Assembly: GCA_040954595.2 (NCBI GenBank)
Contig: CM082593.2
Span: forward strand, 2,993,434 to 3,057,433
Length of the DNA stretch: 64,000 bases
Direction: 5' to 3'
Source: Balanoglossus misakiensis
Lineage: Eukaryota > Animalia > Hemichordata
A program made the position numbers and the translations under genes. Position 1 is the stretch's first letter, and the number at the start of each line of letters is the position of its first letter. Of the stretch, positions 14,501-26,700 are shown in pieces. Below the pieces are notes generated by a model that worked only from the letters and a program-made list of their open reading frames with translations, was not told the origin of the DNA and ran no database searches.

Positions 14501-17500
14501 TAGTCTGATTTGCAACATGGTCTTAATGACTTTTTGAGCTTTGACCTTTGTACCACGTGGCTAAGGTCTCCAAATGGGTTTATAATCGCGATACAATTTT
14601 GAAGCGTTCTTTGTCTTCATTGCGGATTAGCTTTATTTAAGTTTTGTTCTCAATCAATGTAATGAGTAATTGGCAATGACATAGCTATGTGTCATAGCTA
14701 AAATTTACATAATGACTAAATGAGGTATACTCAATATTTGCATATCGCATGACAGATGACATGTCAAAGTGTGTTTTTCTTATTGGAGATTAAAGCTGGA
14801 TTACAAAGAAGTGTGATAAAAAGAAATTATGAAAAATTCATATTTCTCGTCAGATTTTCGATAATAAAAGACTTACCGCTTTCTATCGGAAAGTTGTCTT
14901 GAAAAGATTTGCTCTAGTGATGTCACTTCGTTAAAGTAATGTTGAACATACTACAGGATAGTTAATCCTAGGAAACACATAGGCTTTTTCGATTGGGTTG
15001 CGATTTAATAGAAATGGGAATTCGACGTGGAAGAAGGGCTTACACATTGTCACATCTTTTAGGTACAGATGTACAAAATTACCTGGGAGCATTTAATGTG
15101 TAATTACATACGAGATGGGATTAAAGTGTGGATGACAGTTTCTGTATAATCATCAATATTTACAGTACAGACTAGAGACAGGCTCGTAAAATTTCGCAAA
15201 GGATTGGGAGATTTTCGTCATCCAGGGTTGTGTGAGTGCATAGAGAAAGCTCTGGTGAGCTCTCAATTAAGACGTCGATTTTTTAAAAAAGTTGATACTG
15301 GCGCAAATATGGGGCGTTTGACGCACGCTGGAAAAAATTGCTTTATTGACTCGTCTCCAGGAAGTCGCGGGTTAATCATCAAAAACGTTGTCTTTCCATC
15401 GACGCTTTTATTTCTTGACACCTTCTGTCAGTGCGTAATGATTTTGCCGTCTGTGGAGAAAAGGAGAAAACATCGCATTTCAATAGCGGGAGCAAGTGCA
15501 GCTCGCAAGTGTCAAGTCGTCGAAAAGTGTCACAACACATCGTCTGATCGTTGGATCACTTACGGTTTCCCTGGCGACAAGGTGCTGAAGGATGTTAGCG
15601 AGGCGCCAGAAGATGCTGTCAGTATTTGTATTTTGAAGTACAAGACAGTATCAACACAGTCAATCCCAGGTGTGCTTGGAGACTCGGGTTGTTTTGATTT
15701 TGATGAAATTACACCAAATTGACCCCGGCAACAGTCCCCAGGAACATCTGCCAAATCCTGTGGAAGACTTGGGTTGCGAGGAAAGGAGTATTATTAAGTT
15801 TATGTCAGACTGAATGCAGAGGTGTAAGACTGAATGATGGGGTTTGTGTCTTGCGGGTTGATGAAACATTCACAGCCCTTGTCTCTACCTGGCTTAATAA
15901 CATTCTCAAATCGAAAATACATCCATTAGATATACGCCACGATGGTGTGATGCGTGCTAAGGTGATCGCTTCACCAATGCGACTGACGCCTCTGTCTTCG
16001 AGACCTCCGTTCTCTAATAGAAAACTATAAATTTTCAATAGAGTGTGGGTGTTAGTCCATTTGACTGAATGACTTGCGGGCTTGTGGTGTGACAGAATTG
16101 GCACCCAAAACTTACTTGTGGAATTGATGGCGGAGAGTCGACTCGCACTAACGGACAATATTATCATTGTATATGTCCATTTAGGGATTTCAGGCCATCT
16201 CAGCCATTCTGTCGTCTTTAATTAACTATGTTTGCCTTTAAGCCGCGATTGGCCGTCTCTCGTTCAAGCTCTAAATTATTAGTCTTTGCATCAGAGCATG
16301 AATTTTTTATTTGTGGTGTGTGTGTGTTTTATACTCAACTGATACATTTTATCGGGCAGCGACTAAGAATAGGAATTTAGAATTCTGAACTTTGAAGCGC
16401 TCAGGATATGGCGTACAGTTGTCATGGTGATTGATTGATGTTGCTAAGGGCAGCTCGGTTTTCAGCTTCAAAGTCAGGATGATAAGATACGTGCGCTCAA
16501 GCCTGTCATCTGTCCAAATTTTTTTCAATTGTTTGAAACGTAAATTAACTCCTGTTTGAACTCTGATCACCTCGTGTGATGGGTTTGCACGATCACACCG
16601 TAATCTCCGGCACATATAGACTGATTGGTTAGTTATCAGTGCTTTTGCATGTTTCTGCAGAGAAACAACTGCCTTGTACAAAATCCATCAATTTCAAAAC
16701 AGGTAGAACCTTGTTTTGTGAATAAAATGAGCATTTTGCATTTTAAGCCTGCTACATGTACATGATTATATCTGTGCAGTGTCGTCAGGTTTGACACCAT
16801 CCAATCAGATGCAAGGTCTTTTGATACAAAATTTTATCAACCTATCAAATGCCAGTATTTCTCTCTTGAAAAAACATGACATACTTGCAACAAGTAAAGT
16901 GACTATTAAATGTTCTAATGTAATTTGATTTAAATAAGTTTGTCATTCATACGTATGATTCATTGAACCATTAATCAGCCCTATAACACACTCTTGAATA
17001 GTCAAATTAGATCAAATCTGAATACATCTGTATATCTAATTTAAATTTGACATTTTGTCTCAAATTTAAATTGTAATCACAGATTCGCGCATGGCTCGGA
17101 ATTTGTGCGGAGATTGCTGCTTTTTGTCATCTCAAAATTGGAGATACAAAACCTGGCTTTTGACTGGTCCATTGGTTTGATCTATACATTAAGTATCTTG
17201 TGTCACCACACAACATCAATTTTTTGTAGCTCAGGGCAACAAGAGCAAGATAGATAATTTCTGTGTCAGCCGCAATCATGTAAAATATAGGAAGCACTAC
17301 AAAATTGGGCCATTATTCGCACATACGGTAATCCAGTCCCCGTAATTCCCATTAATATTAAACTGCCTACATTGTATTTTCAAATGTAATTTTACTGGCT
17401 CCGTTCAAATGTGATTTGAGACGCTGTGTATTTTATGCAACGTGTTGAAAGTTGCGATTGTTAGTGCCCGCGCCGGCAAATAATCCATTTTTTTCCAGGG

Positions 17501-19721
17501 GGGAAGAAAGAAAATATGAAAGGAAAAATTGGCATCAATTGAAGGGCAGTGAAGCTGAAAGAACATCATTTCTGTGCGTTCACGGAAGTGACAATTAAAT
17601 CAGTTACTGTATTGAAAACAATCTCCCTGGTTACTGTCTTGCGATTGTCGCAGAATTGGGTCCGCGAATGAAATTAGCGTCAGCTTAAATTGAATTGGGA
17701 ATGTTAAAATATTTATTCTCGGGGCTTGTATCGAGCTGCCTTTGCTGTCACTGTACAGGAATTTCTAGTGTTCATGCAACCCCCAGAGGGACCTCCCGAG
17801 CACGGCTCTCAGGCAAGATATAGCATGTTCTACAAAATGGCTATTTGCTTGCCGTTGTGTGGCGAACACTGGCCCACAAAAGATAATCGTGAGCTGAAAC
17901 TGCTATATATAGGATTGCTGTAGATACAAAAAGTCAGATAAATGATATTATCTTTTTATTTTTTTGTGTGTCTCTCTATTGAAATGTCAATCCGTATGCA
18001 ATGACTCTATGCAACGTTTATACGCGCAGTCGCGATAAGAACGAGCTATGTGAAGCGTGCGTTGTCTATTCTCGTGTCCCATCTCATCAATTTCAAGGAC
18101 CCCAGCTACGTTATTCGCTGAGAGATACAAGCCTGCGTTTCTACGGCTAAATTAATAGTTCGATTCGTCCCAAATTGGCCGATTAATTCGGTAATAGAGG
18201 AAGCGTCAGGAAGTTTGTCTGCCGAAATGAGGGTCTATCAAATTTACGTCAGACGAGGGCTCTTCGATGCGGAGCCCAGGTGCGTTTGCCAGCGCACAAT
18301 GAACACTTGAAACCACTTCAGAACCGAGGCAGGCTTATTGACGAATTAGCGCATAATATCCAAATATTTTCCACAATATTTGAAGAAAGCCCCCGAGATT
18401 CGAGTTCGGTCCCCAAAGGACAAAACGCACGTGATGCGACCATTTTTTTATATTTCATTTTGTAAAGACCGTGGATTTCCATCTTGCGTAAAACGGAAGT
18501 TGTAGCGATCAATTTTCAAGAAGCTCTTCATGTCGAAATCTATGACAAATGCATTAATTCTGTATTGTCATAGCGTTCTTTGTATGTACATGCTGACATC
18601 TTGTTCTGCACAGCTAATGATGTTTCATTTCCTGTCCCCAGGTGGAAATTTCTCAAATTAACATGTTTAAGCATCAATTCTTTAAAATTTAATTTATCAG
18701 CAAATAGAAAATGTAACGTAACCAGTTTCATTCACTCCTCGCTTCAAAATTAAACTGGAAAAAAGGAAATAATTCATGGTGTGTAAAGGTACAAAACTGA
18801 ATCCCCATAAAGATAAGCGAGATTACTGATTATCAGTTGACCTGAGTAGTTGTGTAAACTATCCCATGGTGCACTGCAGCGAGGTCAGACATATTTGGAC
18901 AAGGTTCCCTATCTTGTTTGTCTCGGGGCTTAGCTTGTCCAGCTAGTCTATAATGAGATTTTAATGCATAGAAAATGTGTGTAGGTGGTAGCCAGGCCTA
19001 CACTTAACCCCTCTTATCTGAGGGCTGCTAATCTCCGGCCCTTGTGTCTCCTGCAGCAAGTTCCAAAGTTGCTCTGTCTAATGAGATAACTGTCCTATTT
19101 TGATACCTGCTGTTGAATCTGGACAAAAATTGGTGCGCATCCATTTTCCACCCATTCAGTCTACTCCCAAGTAAGTTTTTTTGCCCCAAAGTTAGACACT
19201 TTGCTAATCTACAGGAAGCAGGATTGTAAAAATTAAGTTGGAGTTTTTTCTTTCATGTGTCAACTCTTATGACCTGTCTACAGCCTTTTAATGTTTTATC
19301 CAACTGAGCTGTAATTTATTTAACATTTACTAAAGATTAATTCAGAAACTACCACTCCAGAAATTCCTTTTGCTTCATGCGATAAACAGTTTTGTTCAAG
19401 TGCAGGAATTAAGCTGCAGGGGGATGTTTTATAAAAAGTTGATTTATTTTTATGGGGTATTAATCAATCTTTGACAGGGTGGTGGTTACATTCAAGTATA
19501 GTGGCCACATGTGTACTTTTTCTTGCTTTCTTGTTCAGAAATGGCCACCTGTAATTTATGGTTTTATGCACGGCCATGAGTGGCAGGATGTAATTTACGA
19601 GTGACGTTGTTGCATTACCTGGGTAACAGTCTTTGCGTGCTATCTATTCTGTCAGTTTAATGGTAACTTTAGCTGTTTGTGTGTGAGTAGGGCTGGAGGA
19701 GGTGATGGCCAAACAGGATTT

Positions 19722-19779
19722 GGGGAGGTGGGGGGGGGGGGGATGTAAGTTAACAGGTAGGTTGGGGAGGGGGGAGGGG
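19722..19779 (+). other. G-quadruplex-capable tract
   Basis: GGGGAGGTG13...GGGGAGGGGGGAGGGG provides at least four G3+ runs. Structure formation is inferred. Confidence 0.55.
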
Positions 19780-22700
19780 ACAATTGGTGTTGGATTTCAT
19801 AGAGAGAAACTGAAAGGGCTCCGAGATGGATGCAGACAGAAATAAAAGGGTTGGGAGGTGACGGCTAGACTTTTTGAGAATGTTGCTGATCTCGTTGTCT
19901 CAACAAGCAGTCGCATTTAGAGTCATCTCTACAGAATGCAGTGGCCTGAAACGAGGGAATGTCTCCCATGCAAAGCTCTTAAAAGCTGAGAGTGTGTGTG
20001 TATCCACGTGGCTTTCATCCCTGAGTGGATCAGGCTGTAATGGATGGAATAAAGAGGTAGGCGCCGGAAGTGGCCATCCCGAAGTCATCACAAGTTTGTT
20101 CATGTGGTCCATTTGTGGGGGGTGAGGGGATCTCACAGTCTTGTGTTGTTGAGCTGGTCCATCATCGTCTTAACTCTTTCCCTTGCTTTTCCCTCATCCT
20201 GAACATTTTACAGACCACTTAGACATTAAATTAGACAACAAAATTACCTAATATATAAAGTATTTAAAAATGATAGCAACTAATAAGTAGCCTATAGACT
20301 CGAGACTGGCCATTTTCCGAAGCAGTCTTTTAATCTAAGGAGACAGATTTAGATAAGGAAAGATGTTGAGGTAAAGATGTAATCTTAATTAAAAAAAGAT
20401 TTAGAGGATTTCGTAATATTAAACATTACCATGACATACCTGTACATGTAAATGATTATACCCTTTCTAAATAGAAGACTCTTTGACCAATTCATATGTT
20501 ACAGAGCGTGGACTTACAAACACACTCCAACTAAACAGGACCTGTGTATACCCCTAGGTCAGAGAACTTTAATATCCTGTTGCTCAATGTAAAGGTAGCC
20601 AACAATTACAATCTACGGGATTCTTAGCCAGTCAGCGGGTTATTGGTCTATAAAATACGTTATCACGCGTATAGTCTGCCCGAGCGCGATCTTTGTATGA
20701 TTTCTCGTCTCTCATTCACATGAGCAAGGTTTCCCCGAGCCGCACACACACTGACCAGGATATTACTTATGCCTCTTGATATGATTGCCAATTTTGCCCC
20801 ATTGTTCGCACAGAAATTACAGTGAGGGTTTCGACCGAAATCGATATCGAATTTCATCTGCTGCCGTCCCCCTCCCGTCTTTTTATATTAAGCCGCCATC
20901 ACCGCGAATTGCCTGAATGGAATCGGGGGAAGCCCGCGATCTGCCGAGTACGCGACACTCAGAGAGTACTGTGGCGTCCTTCAGTTTAATATTGGAATTT
21001 CTTTGCCCGTCTAAATATTACATTCTTTGGCTGTACAAAGTACCGACAGTCACTGAGCACGGAAAGGCATTCTGCCTCACTCAAGCTATTTGTACGCTGT
21101 GAGAGACTTACTCTGAAATAAATTAATTAAATGTTTTCCCCATTGAGGGCTTGTTGTAAATTCCCAGCGTCTCAATAAAAATCTACCTGTACGTAGAAGA
21201 GTAACTTTCATTCAACGAGACTGATCAGTCACTCTACCCACAAACAGCAGTGCCGCCTGCCTCTGAAGGACGTAGTTACTTAAACGCGGTATTTTTGTCT
21301 AACCGAGGAATCCGCGTACTTAATCAGGCATGGAAAAGTAATTAGCGGTAATGAAAGTCAAGGTTTTGAAGGTCAGCATCAGCACACATTGACGGTAATC
21401 GAAGACTGTTAGAAACATTATGGTAATGCTTGGCTTTACATTTCAAGTTTCGAAAGTTGCTCCCAGAAAAAAAAAATTCCATCCAAATTCATCAGCATTG
21501 ATAAAATGGAGCTGTCAAGAGAATGAATGTTTTTTGGCATCACGGTAATCTGTTTTTTTGCTGTTTCAAAATTGCGAAATGCCGCTGTCTGTTTTGATAT
21601 GTGGATGTTAAATTCTTGGATGTTGTAAAAGTAATCAAGAGACACCCTACATAGGGATATTAAGATGGACTGTGACATGTGATGGTTGTGTATAAGCCAA
21701 ATATCTTGCTTGCTTGGTGATGACTCTCTTTGAGTGGATCAGGGCATTCTTTAGGAGGGGTGTGTAGACCCCCTCACAGTGGATCATACCATTTTGTGGA
21801 GAGGGATGATGAACTCAGATTCCCTGAGTGCAGCGTATAGCGTTTATGAAAAGTGGACATTGTGGTACTAAACCAGCAGTAATCTTTGAGTCCATTTGTG
21901 TTATGATAGCGAAGAGCAGATTAGCTCTGTATCACACTCCCCAAGCCTTTCCCCCGAAAAAGTTCATTTCCGTCAATTTCTGATCTCCGTTTCTCATGTA
22001 GTAAGGGCATTAAATTTGGGTTGGGAGACCTGTCGCATAACTTGTCCTAAGCTTGTATGCCAAAAATGTCTGAAGAGTTGGACAGTGATTTCTTGTAAAG
22101 ACCAGCAGTGTCAGATGATAAACAGATGTCGACTGGATTAACCGTTTCCACGCAGAACAACCGAGGAAACAAGTTTGCTTTTCTACTCCTGATCATATCG
22201 TGAACCCTTGATGTTGATAATCCCCCTGGGAAGACTCAACTCCAAGAATCTGGGAAAGGGAAAGAAGAAACCACTTGAAGGAGAAGTGGAGTGGTGTCTT
22301 TCCGTGTGTGGGACCTACGTGAAGTAAACCAGCTAATGCAGTCGGAGACACGCTAAGTGCTGAGAGTCCTCGTATCTCAGAAAACGTCTGAGTATGGCTC
22401 GCTGATTTCTTGGAAGACCGCTGGGATGTCAACGATGGCCCCAGTGTGTGTTACATTTCACGGTCGGAGATTGCCAACTCGAGCGTTACCGAAATTCCCA
22501 TGCGCTCTCTGTCTTATAGGTAACAGAATTAAGTTAACAAGACTAATTACCCAGCACCAAGACTTGGGGACCCGGTTAAGTTTTTTTCCAACACGTCTTC
22601 AGTAGGGGTCGTCGCAGATCGTATCTCTGTCATTAACATTAGCGGTCATATGGGAGAGTGCTTTGTATGGAAGATAGGGCCTTCTCCATTTTGGTGTATC

Positions 22701-23747
22701 TGGAGAAGATATTGGAGGTTAAGATCTTTAAGCTAGACAGAGAGCCAGCAGTCGTAATCTTGACATACCTGTGTGATCACGGTTTCTTGTTATGCATGGT
22801 TTCACCACTGATTGGAATCTGGGATAAGAGATGCGTTCCATTTGAGTCTGTGGTGATGTTGTTCGTATTTTTTGTTTTATTGTTTCCCAGATCTAAAAGT
22901 GGACTTGCACATTGATCTGTGTAATAAATAAAAAAATAAAAATTGAAAAAAAATTGTCAAAGATACTCACCTTCCTGCCAGCCAATGAGGATGAGCGTTA
23001 AATTTATGGCAAAGTCCGTCACTTAGATGACAAGAAACACAGGAAAATGAAGAAAAAAATGTTGATTTATAAAGACGAAGACATGCGAAGAAATTGTATA
23101 GTGACGCCGCCCGTTTTTGCTCATCACTAGTAATACCGTCAAATTACCTTTCCATCAGAGGTTAAATGAAAGTGTTTTAGTCGGCGGATATGAATTTATT
23201 TTCCAATTCTGGCGACCGCACAGATGGTTTGCGCTGCTGTGACATCCGCAGCCCGTCGTCGCATTCGTCGGAAACGCGACTTGATGGACAGATGCGAAAT
23301 TAGCGCGGAACCGTGGTCGTCAGAGGAGACGAGATGTCGCGGCGTGAATCAATGCAATTTGTTTTGCAAGACAAGAAAACCATGATAAGAAAAGAGGAGC
23401 TGAATGTTCTTCATCAAGTGTGACAGGTATTACAGTCGGCTAAAACATTGATCAGTCGGTGTAATTGGCAAAATTATCAATTTTTAAATTAACACAGGGA
23501 AGGAGATTGACAGAGAGTGGCATCCCTGGTGAATACTTTGCGGTGGAATTGAGGATTTCTGCGCGCGCTGATATTTCGGAATGATAATTTTTCCATTAAC
23601 GGGCCAAATATTTGCCTTTGAATTTCGAAGCAGGGAAAGTACATTTAAAGACGTTTCCTGCGATAAGGTAAACCCGCCGCGTCTTACATTAAAAGGGAAG
23701 GCATCACAGTTAGGGTGGTTTGTCTTTGTCTCCATCAATCAGTCCGT

Positions 23748-23761
23748 GTTGCCACGGCAAC
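23748..23761. promoter_or_regulatory. RFX X-box-like palindrome
   Basis: GTTGCCACGGCAAC, one mismatch to GTTGCCATGGCAAC. A second site, GTTGCCATAGAAAC, is at 23917-23930. Confidence 0.45.
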
Positions 23762-26700
23762 AGATGAAGATGCTGGGAATAAACAAGAGGAAGAAGAGAC
23801 TGCTCCGAGCCCTGGGAGAATCTTCTGTTTTTCATTACACACGACAAGTTGTACCATCCATTACTGTTGCTTTTAATGTTATTAACAGAACCTATTAAAA
23901 ATCTTGAGTGGTATTAGTTGCCATAGAAACTAAAGATGGTTTCATCCGCTTCCTCATAATGCTAATCATACCACTACTATACATAAATGAAACAGTAATA
24001 TTAATTGCATTGGGTGGTCTTAATCATCAAAAAAATACATTCAGCTGAAAACATGCACGTACCGAACATATCTGGTAGAGCGGATGCTTACTGCAAAGCA
24101 GCTAGCTATTACAGACCAGATAATGCTTTAATAATACTGGACCTTTGTAATGGATGACATCTTGGCACAATCAGCAAAGTAAAGGATGAAAAAAAGTGAA
24201 ATTTATATTTTCATAGAAGCTTTTGTGTAAAGATGGCAGCTGCTGTAGCCCCGATTGATTTCATCCCAGTTTGATGCATCCTTCTCAGGAAGCGACTGTG
24301 GGTATAATTCTTTTATATGCGGAGAATAAACTGCTTGCCAGGAGCAAGCGGGACTAGGGGATGTGACTTCCGCAGAAAACATCTGCTCTGAGCTCTCCAA
24401 ATTGTAGGTTTTTCACTAAACGTATAATTTTCTTTGATGCTGGTGAAAATGCTAGGTGGCGTCTTTGTTGAATAATATTGACATCCGCACTGTCTCTGCT
24501 CTCCGGCACTCTTCCCCGTCTTCCTCTTCATTGCCCGTTGCCGGGACAACAAAGGATTTGCCGCGGATGAAAAGCGGATGGTAGCCAGGAAGGATGGTGC
24601 TTTGCGCCAGAGACCGTTCTGCCGTGAATTTTTAAGCTTTTTTTTTTCATTCCCCTCTTTGTTTCATTTTGCTGGAAATAAATCCTTGAACTGTAAGCAA
24701 GTAAAGTAACCAGCAGTGGTGATATTACTTTCTGCACAGAGAGGCTTAGTGTGTTCTTTCTCCTTTGTTTCCTTCCTGCTCTGAGTGTCTGAAAACAATG
24801 GTTTGTGTCAGCGCGCAGTCGCTGAGAGATGAGCTCACTGAGACGTAATAGAAAAGGTGATGTACGCTCGGTTTTATTTAAAGGGGCAGTAACGTGCAAT
24901 AATTATTTCAGAATTTTCATTCCAAGCATCAACAACAGTTTCTCACGGCAATTAGCGAAAAGCAATTATCAGAAGACACAGTTGGTGTTTTCTCAAGCTT
25001 TAAGATGTACGTTTTACACTGACGTCACACCTCTGTTCATTGTTCCACTGGGTCAAATTGCTGCATATATTCAATATAAGTCACCCTTTTCACAAAACAA
25101 AAATCCCTCACCTAGGTAAAACCAGAAGAATAGTGTTGCGAGGTTTAAAAATATACAATATGGCTTGCGTAATGAAGTGATTTTGTTAAGATCATGAGCT
25201 TGTCTGATAAGATTTACTTGAGCAGTGATGCAGCATGTATGATGTCATTACGTATGCGTTATGACAGGATGAGAAATTTACTATGCAAGATGGCAGGCGT
25301 AATGCGTGTGGGTGGTACGGTCGTATCTGAATGCCATTTATGGAAAATAAACCTCGCAGCCAGGTATCTGTACAAGTGCAGCGATCACTCTTGATTGAGA
25401 GACGACTTTGAGGACGGTTCTGTTGAACGAGGAAGGTTTCGAGACGAACTTCCAAGGTTTCTCCTCCAGAATTTGTTTCCTTCGGCTTGTGCGGGGTTGA
25501 CCCCTGGGAGAGGCCTGTACATGCCAGACTCAGCGTGATAAAATACACAAATACTTGGAGAACACTGCCTGGGGTGTGGACTACACAAAGTTTTTGTTTT
25601 TTGTCGGGTGGCCGGGGGGGGGAGCCACGACAACAGACCCAAGGGAGGCGACTTTGTTCTTCTGTTCCTCTGTCAGACCAGCACAAGGGTACAAGTCCCC
25701 CTTCCCACTGCAAATAGATCCGTCCCTGCCATTGGAAAGGCTGGGGCTAAACCACAGGCACAGGGGTGGTGGTAGTGGAAGGGTTTAAGGGTTGGACAAC
25801 ATCCTGCAGTGTTTATCGCTATTATTATACCATGCTGTACAGGGGAGAAACGGGTTGACATTAACCAGAGCTGGTCAAAATTCCGATGGATTTACTCCAT
25901 GTGTGTGTAGTTGAGTTGTACACATACGCTTCGATTCCGGACTCTTTTTATGGTGAGCTGACTCTCACGGAAGGTACAGTTTCCCAGTGAAGGCTTTCCA
26001 CACCCTTCAAAAAAAAACCCAGATCACTCCAAGGCAGCACTTATTTCCGATGACCCTCCAGCGAAGTTTCAGTAATAAGGAAACATGTGTCGATACCTCT
26101 CCAATGAAACCCAACATAGAAACAGTATTTTGTTTGGAATTTAGGCTACGTAAACCGGCTACCGGTTGGATAGAAAATCGATCCACTAATGGACTCTCAA
26201 AAGCCGGGGATGCTGGCAACCACAAGAGGGGTTAGATTTGGCGTGGCCTCCTGACCTCCCCGCCCCCTCCGGGTCACTCTGCTAAGTCCTTATCGACTTG
26301 CGTCAAAGCAGTCATCTGTGAAGGCAGGTCTTGTGCTGGGATGGTTGTGGTGGTGACCCTAACTGCACTGCATTAAAAAAAAACGCAACCGCTCTCAAGT
26401 GCCCAGGTATTTTGTTGTAAATTTTCTGCGGCAGATAACAGTATCCGGTCAGTTACGCACCGAGATGTTTCGAGTCGAGTTATGGACGCTGAAATAAAAC
26501 AAAAGTGTGGATTCAGACTGGGAGGGAGCGAAAGAGAGAGAGAAAAAAACGAGTTCCTGGTGAGAGGACTTTTCTTTTATCTGTCCAGAAAAAAGAAAGT
26601 CGTTCTCAAGAGGCACTCCAAGGCGGTCATTTGAATGGAGAACCCACCGAGCAGAAAAGTAGCCCAAGAAAGGCAGACCATTTAGTCCCAGAGTGGGCTT

